From Candidatus Cloacimonadota bacterium (lineage in GTDB: Bacteria; Cloacimonadota; Cloacimonadia; JGIOTU-2), in NCBI GenBank assembly GCA_049903315.1, contig JBNGBT010000003.1, positions 249,816-313,815 of the forward strand: a stretch of DNA of 64,000 bases. The letters run 5' to 3'. The notes beneath the pieces are model-generated. The model saw only the letters and a list, made by a program, of their open reading frames with translations, did no database searches and was not told where the DNA came from. Both the position numbers and the translations under genes were made by a program. Shown here piece by piece: positions 50,297-59,137 of this stretch (positions are counted from its first letter, which is position 1; each line of letters begins with the position of its first letter).

Positions 50297-50519
50297 TATC
50301 ATCCTTTTTCTTCTTATCTTCCTCTTTCTTCTCAACAATTACATTTTCATTTGGATTTTTATAATTCATTTCCCGCTGTTTCTTTCTCCATGTCTGGATG
50401 CCAAATGCTCCCAGAGCAAGTAAACCGAGAGAACCTTCGACCGGAACCTCAAATTCTGTGCCGTCTTTAGTATGGATTTTTAACTCATTGCGCTCATCTG
50501 ATTTGGAATTGTTTTTCAT
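50277..50519 (-). CDS. Small protein consisting of a PEP-CTERM-like motif with charged flanks
   Basis: VPVEGSLGLLALGAFGIQTWRKK; fills the gap between two genes and overlaps the downstream start. Confidence 0.7.
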   Translation of the reverse strand: MKNNSKSDERNELKIHTKDGTEFEVPVEGSLGLLALGAFGIQTWRKKQREMNYKNPNENVIVEKKEEDKKKKDDNEQKTR

Positions 50520-50551
50520 AAATAGCTCGCGTTCTTTAGGGTAAAATAAAT

Positions 50552-51715
50552 TTACGGTTCGATGACAATGACCGGCACATACATTTCATCCTCACTCACT
50601 CCACCGTGATGGCCGGTATAATAATGAGGACTCTCACCTAATACTTTATCTTTTATCACATAATTTTCTTTTGGGATCAAAATATAATCACCGATCCTAT
50701 CCCATAATTTCGGGTTTGGTTCATCCAGTCCGAAAAAGTGCCTTTCAACAAGTTCGGTGCTTTTATACAAAGAACACACATCAGCAAGATGTTCATGCAC
50801 ATAGTTTTCAAAAATATCAGTCATGCCTTGTTTTAAATAACAATACGCAGCTCTCGGATCACCGGAAAGAGGCATCACAAGAGTATCTCGAAGTTTCGGA
50901 TGTAGATCAAGGTCAATAAGTGCTTCTTTGGGACTGTCGATTAGCCCGTGATCTGCCGTGACGATGACCACACTATCGGTTTTGCTGATCGAATATATAA
51001 AATTCTCCAGCGCTCGGGAAAGCTCCTGATAATGGTTCTTGCAATTCAATGAATGGATGCCGTTTTTATGCGCGAGAGTGTCAAAAGTGGGCCAATAGGC
51101 GTATATGAATTTTTCTTCTGGAATATCTTGTACAAGAGTTCTGAGATTGGTGATAAAGTTTTCAATACTTTCCTTTTTATAGGCAACAGAGGTGGAACCC
51201 TTGCTGTAAAACTTGGTATAATCGGAATTGATGATATAATCATTTGAGAGTGTGTAGGATTTGCGGCTGAATTTCTCGAAAATTGTACTTTGCCTGAAGA
51301 TATCTTTGGCAAATATATCGCTCTTGCTGAAAATATCTCCGCCGTATCTTGGCTTGAAGGGAAGTATTGCTGAGATTGTCCCGAGTTCCTTAAGATATAC
51401 AAACCAGCCAGTGACTGCATGTTGTGCGGGAGACATGCCTGTCAGGAATGAGGTGATCGCTGTGGCAGTTGTTGAAGGAAAAACAGAAGTGCAGTTCCCG
51501 ATAAGATTGCTTTTGATAAAAGAGCTGTCCTGTTCCATAATGAAATTATATCCAAGTCCATCAAGAACAATAAACACGACATTTTTCTTTGTTGATATTA
51601 CATTTACGTCGAGCAAAGAGAGGGATTTGTGGGTCGAGGGGCTGTTGCCTAACACAGTAGTAATACTGCTTACAAGATTGACAATACTTCCATTTTCATA
51701 GTCTGGTCGGATCAT
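50552..51715 (-). CDS. Alkaline phosphatase family protein (type I phosphodiesterase/nucleotide pyrophosphatase)
   Basis: VLDGLG, SVFPSTTATA, D..AH..G, TADHG, GHHGG. Confidence 0.88.
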   Translation of the reverse strand: MIRPDYENGSIVNLVSSITTVLGNSPSTHKSLSLLDVNVISTKKNVVFIVLDGLGYNFIMEQDSSFIKSNLIGNCTSVFPSTTATAITSFLTGMSPAQHAVTGWFVYLKELGTISAILPFKPRYGGDIFSKSDIFAKDIFRQSTIFEKFSRKSYTLSNDYIINSDYTKFYSKGSTSVAYKKESIENFITNLRTLVQDIPEEKFIYAYWPTFDTLAHKNGIHSLNCKNHYQELSRALENFIYSISKTDSVVIVTADHGLIDSPKEALIDLDLHPKLRDTLVMPLSGDPRAAYCYLKQGMTDIFENYVHEHLADVCSLYKSTELVERHFFGLDEPNPKLWDRIGDYILIPKENYVIKDKVLGESPHYYTGHHGGVSEDEMYVPVIVIEP

Positions 51716-51756
51716 TTAAAGCCTTTCTGTGAGGAATTATTTTAGCGGAAATCTAC

Positions 51757-52230
51757 TTACAATTCATTAATCTGTTGCGCCATTAAATCGATTGCACCGA
51801 CAAGTATCTCAGAAGTACTCTCGGTCACTCCCTGTGCTTTTGTTGCTGCTTTTTCAATAAAATTCATTTTTTCGAGGATCATCTCATGTCCAAAATGATC
51901 TTTTGCAATCGCACGATCTGATAGTGCTGTAGGAAAGTTATTTTCCAAGGCTTCCTGCGCCTTTTCTTTTTGTCCAGCCATGATGAAAAAAGCAATGTTT
52001 TTCTTAAGCAATTCGTTTATATGTTCCTGGATAAATTTCCTCATCTGTTTTTGAATTTTTCCCATATAAATTGAAGCGCCTAATATGACAGTATCATAGT
52101 CAGATATGCGTGGATTTTTAATCTTTTTCAAATTTATGATATCGGTTTCTGCTTTAAGTTTTTCTTTAAGCAACAATGCTGCTTTTTCTGTACTCCCGTG
52201 TTTTGTGGTGAAAAGGATACAATTTTTCAT
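51757..52230 (-). CDS. Flavodoxin-domain protein (HemG-like, Flavodoxin_5)
   Basis: TTKHGSTEK, YDTVILGASIYMGK. Confidence 0.8.
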   Translation of the reverse strand: MKNCILFTTKHGSTEKAALLLKEKLKAETDIINLKKIKNPRISDYDTVILGASIYMGKIQKQMRKFIQEHINELLKKNIAFFIMAGQKEKAQEALENNFPTALSDRAIAKDHFGHEMILEKMNFIEKAATKAQGVTESTSEILVGAIDLMAQQINEL

Positions 52231-52242
52231 GAATACCTCGCT

Positions 52243-52995
52243 TTATAATTTTCCGACTGATGCTATGTACACGACCATTTCGTCTTCGCCGTCTACGTTG
52301 AGTAATTCATTGGATTTTTCCTGAGCATATGCAGCGATTCCGCATGCGCCTAAACTCAATGCTTCTGAAGCAAGGTAGAGATTCTGGCACACATGCCCTG
52401 CATCGAGGAGGATAAGTTTGGCTGCCATATAAGCATAGCGCCACTCGCAGCGATAAGGAATAGAAGTCCAGAAAAACACAACAGCGCTATCTGCGACAAA
52501 TTCCTGTTCAAGGCATGCATCCACTGTTTTTTGTGGAAGATCGTCCACAGAATGCAGGAACTCAAGCTGATGATCGAGAGCGCAGTAGCGATAAATACCC
52601 TGTTCAAGTCCTTCCACATGAAGGACAGCGAGATAGGTTTCAAGCGGATGACGTGCACCAGCGGAAGGAACCGTTCGAAAACTCACCTTGTTTTCTTTTC
52701 TATCAAATACCTTTTTTACTCCCTGTGTACACCAGAGTAAAAATGATAAGTGTTCCAGATCAATTGCTTCAGCAGTGTATTTTCTTCGTGACCGGCGCTG
52801 GTTAATTATTTCAAAAAGATCTTTTCCGGGATTTATAATATCCTCAGGCACGGGTAATGTAATGAGATTATCCGGATTGGTGATTGGCTTCTCCAACGGC
52901 GGTTGAGGAAATTTTTTTTGCTGATCTGTTTGCACATTTTGCATTGAAACAAGATCGCAATTCAGGAAAAATCTCTGTTCTTCATAGCTATTCAT
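52243..52995 (-). CDS. SagB/ThcOx-family nitroreductase-fold dehydrogenase
   Basis: RRSRRKY, LLWCTQG, RTVPSAGARHPLETY, LDAGHVCQNLYL. Confidence 0.88.
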   Translation of the reverse strand: MNSYEEQRFFLNCDLVSMQNVQTDQQKKFPQPPLEKPITNPDNLITLPVPEDIINPGKDLFEIINQRRSRRKYTAEAIDLEHLSFLLWCTQGVKKVFDRKENKVSFRTVPSAGARHPLETYLAVLHVEGLEQGIYRYCALDHQLEFLHSVDDLPQKTVDACLEQEFVADSAVVFFWTSIPYRCEWRYAYMAAKLILLDAGHVCQNLYLASEALSLGACGIAAYAQEKSNELLNVDGEDEMVVYIASVGKL

Positions 52996-53253
52996 TATAT
53001 GCTCCTATAGCTTTGGCAGAGAGGTTTTTGATGGTAGTTTGCTGTGTCAAGTTTATTGGATGGTGGAAGAGCAATTCCCTCAAATGAAAGATAAAAAATC
53101 CTATGAGAGCTAGACTTCATAGCTCCACCAGCAGGTGAGGTATGGAGATCAATGCCAAAATAATTAATTAACAAGCCGATTCTGAACTCCACCATAGCAA
53201 GCTGATCGTGAAGTTAACTCCAGTAAAAATGCCAATGAGGATTATGTGTCGAA

Positions 53254-55416
53254 TTATGTTTTTTTCAGATTGATCACAAATGTCACACCCGGTTTATCAT
53301 TATCTTCAACGTAAATTGATCCCCCGTATCTGTTGATGTTCTGCCTGACCAGGAAGAGTCCCAGACCGGTATGTCCCGCATCTCCGGAGATAAAGTCCTT
53401 TTCAAAGATTCGCTCATGAATTTCTTCAGGAATTTGCGTGCCATCATTAGAGATCTTGATCTCAGTAAAATCAGAAAATTCTTCATAAGAAATCATGACA
53501 TTTTTCGCCTTTCCATGTACTCGTGCATTTTCAATAATATTATGAATGACGGATTCGAGGGCTTCATCTGCGCGAACTCTGCAATTACCCTGAAGCTGAA
53601 TATTCATATCGGAAAATGTGGATGTAATTTTATCAATAATTTGTTTTAGATCAATTGGTTTAAGCACATTGCCGTTTTCTGAACTGAACTCAAAATTTCT
53701 TAAAGTTTTGATAAGTTCAAGTCCTTTATCACATTTAATATCAGCTTCCGTAAGCATGTTTTCATCTTTCTCTTCAGCATATAATTTGAGAGCAGTTTTA
53801 ATAACGATAAAGTCATTTGCAAGATCGTGACGGAGCATCGAATTGATTAGAGCAAGGTGCTTGCGGATCTGTTCTGTATTTTCTTTTGAAATAGCAAGTT
53901 CCTTGTTGTTCACCTTCAGTTTCTTATTGGTTCGTAGGCGTAATACAAAGAAGACGACAACGACAGCAAGAACAAGGATGGAACCAATTAAAAACAGGAG
54001 AAGGCGGAAAATTTCAAGACTGGAGATTTCAAGGTCTTTTTTGAGTAATTCATTTTCTTTTTCCTTTTGCTCAGCCTCAAATTTCACCCGTATCTCGTTT
54101 AATTTTTCGATATTTTTTCGAGTATTTAATGTATCTTTGATTGTATTAAATTCTTGTAAATAGATGTACGCTTGCTTATAATTATTCGAATTTGCATAAA
54201 TTGTGGACATATTGTCTGTGATATTTTTTAGAATATCCAGGTAATCATTTTGAAAAGCAATCTCATATGCTTCTTTGAATCGCTCTAAAGCGATAGAGTA
54301 AATGTTCATCTTTAAGTAGATAAGACCGATATTGTTCAATATATATGCAGCATTCCAACTATCATTTAATGTATTGTTCTTCTCAAAAGATTCGAGATAG
54401 AGTTCGAGGGCTTGTTCTATTTCACCCATTTCTTCATAGAGACTGGCAAGATTGTTCAATGAATTGACAATTTCGTAATCATTTCCCAACTCTTTTCTTA
54501 TCTGCAGTGCTTCCCCCAGGAGTGAAATGGCTTCTTGATAAGATTTTTCATTTTGTGAGATCAGTGCAAGATTATTCAGTGTTCGAGCAATACCCAAATT
54601 GTTTCCAATACGACGGTATATCTCCAGTGCGTCGGTAAGATATTCTTTTGCACGGGCTTGATCACCAATTATATAATAAATATTCGCCATGTTATTGGAT
54701 ATTGATGCAGTCACTACATGAAATTCGGATTCCTTTGAATACTCCAGTGCCTCCAGATATGATTTAAGCGCTCTATCATGCTCACCAGTTCGGGAATAGA
54801 GTAGTCCGAGATTACTCAGAGCATGGGCGAGAGCCAGGGAGCGTCCACTTATTCTACCATATTCCACAGCCCGGATAAAAGACTCTTTTGATTTATTAAA
54901 CTCTCCTTTATCATAATAAACAAGTCCTATACCACCAAGGACAGAGGAAGTACCATATGGATCATCCATTTTCATCTTTTTGTTAAGAGATTTTTCATAA
55001 AATGAAAGTGATGTATCGAGATCGCCCTTACTGCGGAAGAGCAATCCAAGATTGGTATATGCTTTTGCTATGAGAGTATCTTGTTTAGTTTCCTCAAAAT
55101 AATTCAAAGCCTCCATTAAAGCACTTTCAGCTTGATCGAAATCTCTCAGTCGATTATAAAGTCCACCTTTCACGAAAGTTGCCATAGCTTTAGAATTCTT
55201 TAAATCCAACTTTTTTGCTAATTGATAGGCCTGTTCAGCATAAGTAATGCCCTCCTCGGGATTTCTGCTGTTAAACTCATCTGCAAGAGCAGTCAGAAGT
55301 TCGATCTTTTTTTCTCCGGAGCTCTTTTCGATCTCAGCTTTAAGACTATCAACTATATCGGAGCCAGTAAGAAGCACAGGGAGGAGCAAAAGTATGATAA
55401 GGCATATTTTTTTCAT
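53254..55416 (-). CDS. TPR-containing sensor histidine kinase
   Basis: Signal peptide, many TPRs, TM, H-box LRHDLAN, N-box NIIENA, GHTGLGL. Confidence 0.88.
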   Translation of the reverse strand: MKKICLIILLLLPVLLTGSDIVDSLKAEIEKSSGEKKIELLTALADEFNSRNPEEGITYAEQAYQLAKKLDLKNSKAMATFVKGGLYNRLRDFDQAESALMEALNYFEETKQDTLIAKAYTNLGLLFRSKGDLDTSLSFYEKSLNKKMKMDDPYGTSSVLGGIGLVYYDKGEFNKSKESFIRAVEYGRISGRSLALAHALSNLGLLYSRTGEHDRALKSYLEALEYSKESEFHVVTASISNNMANIYYIIGDQARAKEYLTDALEIYRRIGNNLGIARTLNNLALISQNEKSYQEAISLLGEALQIRKELGNDYEIVNSLNNLASLYEEMGEIEQALELYLESFEKNNTLNDSWNAAYILNNIGLIYLKMNIYSIALERFKEAYEIAFQNDYLDILKNITDNMSTIYANSNNYKQAYIYLQEFNTIKDTLNTRKNIEKLNEIRVKFEAEQKEKENELLKKDLEISSLEIFRLLLFLIGSILVLAVVVVFFVLRLRTNKKLKVNNKELAISKENTEQIRKHLALINSMLRHDLANDFIVIKTALKLYAEEKDENMLTEADIKCDKGLELIKTLRNFEFSSENGNVLKPIDLKQIIDKITSTFSDMNIQLQGNCRVRADEALESVIHNIIENARVHGKAKNVMISYEEFSDFTEIKISNDGTQIPEEIHERIFEKDFISGDAGHTGLGLFLVRQNINRYGGSIYVEDNDKPGVTFVINLKKT

Positions 55417-55494
55417 AAGGGAAACCAGTATTTAATATTTGATATGCAAATTTTTTGAGTGTATAACTGTGTCAATCTTTTAGCACACAGGCAC

Positions 55495-55519
55495 AAAAAA
55501 ACCGGGCATACACCCGGTT
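55495..55519 (-). terminator. Intrinsic terminator
   Basis: Minus strand aaccgggt-gtat-gcccggtt followed by a T-run. Confidence 0.75.
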
Positions 55520-55545
55520 CATTATTATTTGATATCTTATAAATT

Positions 55546-56601
55546 TTAGAAGTCATCTAAGAAGGGATTATCGAATGCGTCTCGTTTGGGTATTTTCTTT
55601 TCTTTTGTTTCTTCCTTTTCTGCAGTTTTTTCCTTTACTTCTTCCACTTCTTCTTTCTTTTCTTCAGCTTCCTTGCTGATTTCCTGCTCGGGATTCGGTT
55701 CTTCGTCTATATCTTCTGCGGTAACTACTTCAGGTTCATCTATTTTGTCTTCCTCTTTTTCAGGTGGAGGAGTTTCTTCTTCAATTTTTGGTTCAGGTTC
55801 CTTTTTGGGAGGAGCTGGTTTTTCTTTTTTCTTTTCTTTTACCTCTTCATGTACGGGAGTAACTTCATCCATATCAATTTCTTCTGTTTTCGGTTCTGTG
55901 TCAGTTATTTTATTTTCCAGATCTTTAATGTTTTCTGTGAGTGAGTGGAGTGATTCTTCAACAGAAGTTTCCGGAACGAGGGTGTTGAGTATATTTTTGT
56001 CGATCACAAATTCTTTCTTTATGATCCTTCGGCTTTTTTCACTAGGTTTGTATTTCAGTCGTACCGTATGTTCTGAAATTGCATAACCACCTGTAGTTTC
56101 ATCGATTATGCCACATACAGCTCCGCTTTTTTGTTCCGGTGCAAGATAGCTTATCTCGGCAAGGGGGAGGAGATTGTTAGAAATTCGTGCATCAACTTCT
56201 TCCTCAAATTCAAACTCAACAGAAATATTAAATGCAGCCTGATTTCCGATGTTTCCTATGATCGCATAGAGTCTCTCGTCTTTTAACTGGAGATAATACA
56301 CAAGTTCTGCCGAAGGTTCCATATAGCGTGTCTGCTTGGTGAACTGACGCTGAAATATTTTCTCATTTTTTGAGGATTCGGAAAAGATTTCCCTTACTTC
56401 TTTCATAATGCCAAAAACAAGGAATATGACCACGACCAATAAAAGCGGCGTGATAAGTCCGCTAAAGTACATGCCGAAAGCACCCCAATCTGCCTTATCA
56501 TCAGAGAAAGTGCCGTCGCCGAATGTTATAAAATAGAGTAAAAGAGCGAATACCACCAGTGCCACAGCAACGATCAAAACTATCTTTTCATTTTTTTTCA
56601 T
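55546..56601 (-). CDS. Membrane protein with acidic disordered C-terminal tail
   Basis: Two TMs (DWGAFG.YFSG..P), central beta domain, E/K/P-rich tail. Confidence 0.75.
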   Translation of the reverse strand: MKKNEKIVLIVAVALVVFALLLYFITFGDGTFSDDKADWGAFGMYFSGLITPLLLVVVIFLVFGIMKEVREIFSESSKNEKIFQRQFTKQTRYMEPSAELVYYLQLKDERLYAIIGNIGNQAAFNISVEFEFEEEVDARISNNLLPLAEISYLAPEQKSGAVCGIIDETTGGYAISEHTVRLKYKPSEKSRRIIKKEFVIDKNILNTLVPETSVEESLHSLTENIKDLENKITDTEPKTEEIDMDEVTPVHEEVKEKKKEKPAPPKKEPEPKIEEETPPPEKEEDKIDEPEVVTAEDIDEEPNPEQEISKEAEEKKEEVEEVKEKTAEKEETKEKKIPKRDAFDNPFLDDF

Positions 56602-56698
56602 TTTATCTTCATCCTCGTATTATTTTTATATTCGTTATAACCCTTTATGATTGAGTATTTTACGTGTCAATATTTTTGTGAATAATATGTAATCCTCT

Positions 56699-57679
56699 TT
56701 ACTTGAGAGGTGTATCGAAATTCTCATTTGGTTCGATGTAGAGATTATTGTTAATATAATCAAAAAAAATGTTGAATTTCATGAACAAGGGCAATCCTAG
56801 AACACCGAGATTGTCCGGATGTATCCTAGAAGTTTTCTCGTCACCAAATACTGCGATTGGATTTTCAAATGTATGGTCGCCGATCGTCATGCTCTTGATC
56901 GTGCTGCTATATTCGGTACATTTTCCCTGCGCACCGTAACTATATGTTTCGGAAACATTTTTCGGAAGTTGTATATTATGTGTGTTTCCAAGAGCAATTT
57001 TCAAAGGATATATTCCGCCGAAATCGATATCGATCCTGTCATTATATACTGTTCCATCCGGCATCTCAAAGCTAAATGGGAGAGAATATGAACCGGAGGG
57101 ATTTTTCTTCATGTCGAGTATGCTGCCGTTGCCTTCGTATTGGAAGGATTCCGGATTGTGAAGAATTACCAGGTTTTGTATGAAATCGAATTCCACGATA
57201 AAATGCTTGAAAAAAGTATTGCAGAGTTGCCCGTCAGCTCCGGGGAACATTCGTGCAAATCCAGCTGCAGGTGGTGAAACGATGACTGGTTGCTCATAAA
57301 AAATGATGTCATCAAATTGCAGGGTGAGATTGGTCGAGGTATATGCAGCAGTGGAGTCCCCTTCACCTGCACCACCGATAGTACCTTCCTCGACTGATTT
57401 CAGGTTTAGAGTATCGACCAGGGGAGAGCCAAACAGCCATATCTGGTCCCACAGTCTACCATTATCAATCATCATGGTTGCTTTTTTACCATTGATCATG
57501 AGTTCCATAAGCGGCTTTCCATTGTGTGTCGTAAACGGTATTGTAACCGAATCGTGATTTTCACCAAGGATTTTGTAATATCCGGGACCACTCATTTCTG
57601 AAACCTCCTGTTCTGCAAAAAGTGTGTTCATTCCATTTACGCAAAGTAGAGAGATAAATGCAAAAACAAATCTATACAT
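56699..57679 (-). CDS. Two-lobed retropepsin-like aspartyl protease family protein
   Basis: IPF...GKP...INGK...MIDNG; second lobe IDFGG; GVLG..F.KFN..FDY.N. Confidence 0.7.
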   Translation of the reverse strand: MYRFVFAFISLLCVNGMNTLFAEQEVSEMSGPGYYKILGENHDSVTIPFTTHNGKPLMELMINGKKATMMIDNGRLWDQIWLFGSPLVDTLNLKSVEEGTIGGAGEGDSTAAYTSTNLTLQFDDIIFYEQPVIVSPPAAGFARMFPGADGQLCNTFFKHFIVEFDFIQNLVILHNPESFQYEGNGSILDMKKNPSGSYSLPFSFEMPDGTVYNDRIDIDFGGIYPLKIALGNTHNIQLPKNVSETYSYGAQGKCTEYSSTIKSMTIGDHTFENPIAVFGDEKTSRIHPDNLGVLGLPLFMKFNIFFDYINNNLYIEPNENFDTPLK

Positions 57680-57734
57680 TTAAAGACCTCCATCTTTTAC
57701 TGAAATTTTCTACATAATGAGTTAAATTTCCAAA

Positions 57735-57897
57735 AACCATTGAAATGGTTGAAATTTTAGTTTGCTTTTACTACAGTTCCCACGAATAAATTCATGGGCT
57801 CTTGTATTATATGCCATAAATGCCATCTTGGCAGCCCATAGTTTTAACTGTGGGCACATGAAAATTTTAAAAATACATTTTAACCGCTTCAGCGGTT
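57735..57897. repeat. REPIN-like composite palindromic element
   Basis: Four palindromes arranged A-B...B'-A' with 28- and 27-nt spacers. Confidence 0.65.
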
Positions 57898-58195
57898 TGA
57901 AGTATTATGACTTGTCAAAGGGTTTATATTTAATTTTAGTAAGTTAAGAATTTATTTTACTAATAAATCGTTTGTCATTTAAACAACTAATAATAATTGA
58001 TGATAAAACGACAAAAGTTAAAAAAATAACGACTTTGTTCACAAAAACCTTTTTCTTGATTGATATGGCAAAACCATTCATTTATACTCCTTATTTACGC
58101 CAAAAAGAAAGAAATACTGTTGACATGTCAAATAGAAAATTTATCGCACTCAAAATCTTTCAAACCTTGACGTTATGTAAACTTGATATTACATT

Positions 58196-59110
58196 ATGAA
58201 CATGAAAAATGAATGTGCTCTTTCGGAAAAAGATGTGAGCTTGATCAATAAATACAAGTTCTACCTGCAGTTTGAAAAGGGCTTAGGAGAGAATTCGATA
58301 CTCGCTTATGAACGTGATATAAGACTCTTTGCCCAAGAAAAAAGCAAAGGTGATCTTACAAAAATTACCTCTGACGACGTAATCACGTATATGAATTTTC
58401 TCTACAAACACGGGGCATCAGATAAAACTGTTGCACGCAAACGAAGCTCGCTTGCAAATTTTTATAAATTTTTATATATAGAAGAGTTGATCCCTGAACC
58501 AATCTTCGAGAAGTTTCCTTCCCCAAAAGTATCGGCTTCTCTGCCGGATGTGCTCTCGATAGAAGAAGTGGATGCACTTATCAATGCAGTGGAAAGGACT
58601 GATGAGTTTGGCACCCGGGACCGAGCGATACTCGAATTTCTCTATTCTACGGGAGCGCGCATTTCAGAAATGATAGACCTGCGTGTCGGGGATCTTTATA
58701 TTGATGAGATGATCGTAAGATTGTTTGGCAAAGGAAGGAAAGAGCGCTACGTGCCGATCTCACAAACTGCATTGACCTATTGCGAGAACTATATAAATAA
58801 TGCACGGCAAAAGCTTCTGAAATATAAACAGAATAATATTCTCTTTCTCAATAGATTCGGAAATAAACTCAGCAGAATGGGTTGCTGGAAGATAATCGAC
58901 GCATATGCTCAACAAGCAGGGATAAAAAGTCATGTATCTCCTCACACACTTCGGCACTCATTTGCTACCCACTTATTGCAGGGGGGTGCGAACCTGCGGA
59001 TAGTACAGACCTTACTGGGGCACAGCAGCATCAGCACTACCCAAATTTACACAAATATTGACAGGAATTATCTCAAAGAAGTTCATTCCCTCTATCATCC
59101 AAGAGCATAA
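58196..59110 (+). CDS. xerD: Site-specific tyrosine recombinase XerD
   Basis: RDRAILE.LYSTGARISE, GKGRKER, SPHTLRHSFATHLL.GGA.LR.VQ.LLGH.SI.TTQIYT, HPRA end. Confidence 0.88.
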   Translation: MNMKNECALSEKDVSLINKYKFYLQFEKGLGENSILAYERDIRLFAQEKSKGDLTKITSDDVITYMNFLYKHGASDKTVARKRSSLANFYKFLYIEELIPEPIFEKFPSPKVSASLPDVLSIEEVDALINAVERTDEFGTRDRAILEFLYSTGARISEMIDLRVGDLYIDEMIVRLFGKGRKERYVPISQTALTYCENYINNARQKLLKYKQNNILFLNRFGNKLSRMGCWKIIDAYAQQAGIKSHVSPHTLRHSFATHLLQGGANLRIVQTLLGHSSISTTQIYTNIDRNYLKEVHSLYHPRA

Positions 59111-59137
59111 AAAATGAAACATAAAGGAGTTCTAACT

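Noticed and set aside
50277..52995. Thiazole/oxazole RiPP cluster (SagB dehydrogenase + small peptide)
   Set aside because: No YcaO/cyclodehydratase; the 80-aa ORF has no Cys and no Ser/Thr-rich core; stand-alone SagB-like nitroreductases are common
52995..53225. tmRNA, tRNA or the 66-aa ORF
   Set aside because: CTCCACCA ends lack a TTCG T-loop and matching 5' acceptor strand; the ORF runs over the apparent TTGACA promoter and RBS of the SagB gene
58196..59110. Phage or integron integrase
   Set aside because: Length, HPRA terminus and housekeeping context (tpiA, serS) fit chromosomal XerD; no integron insertion or attC array
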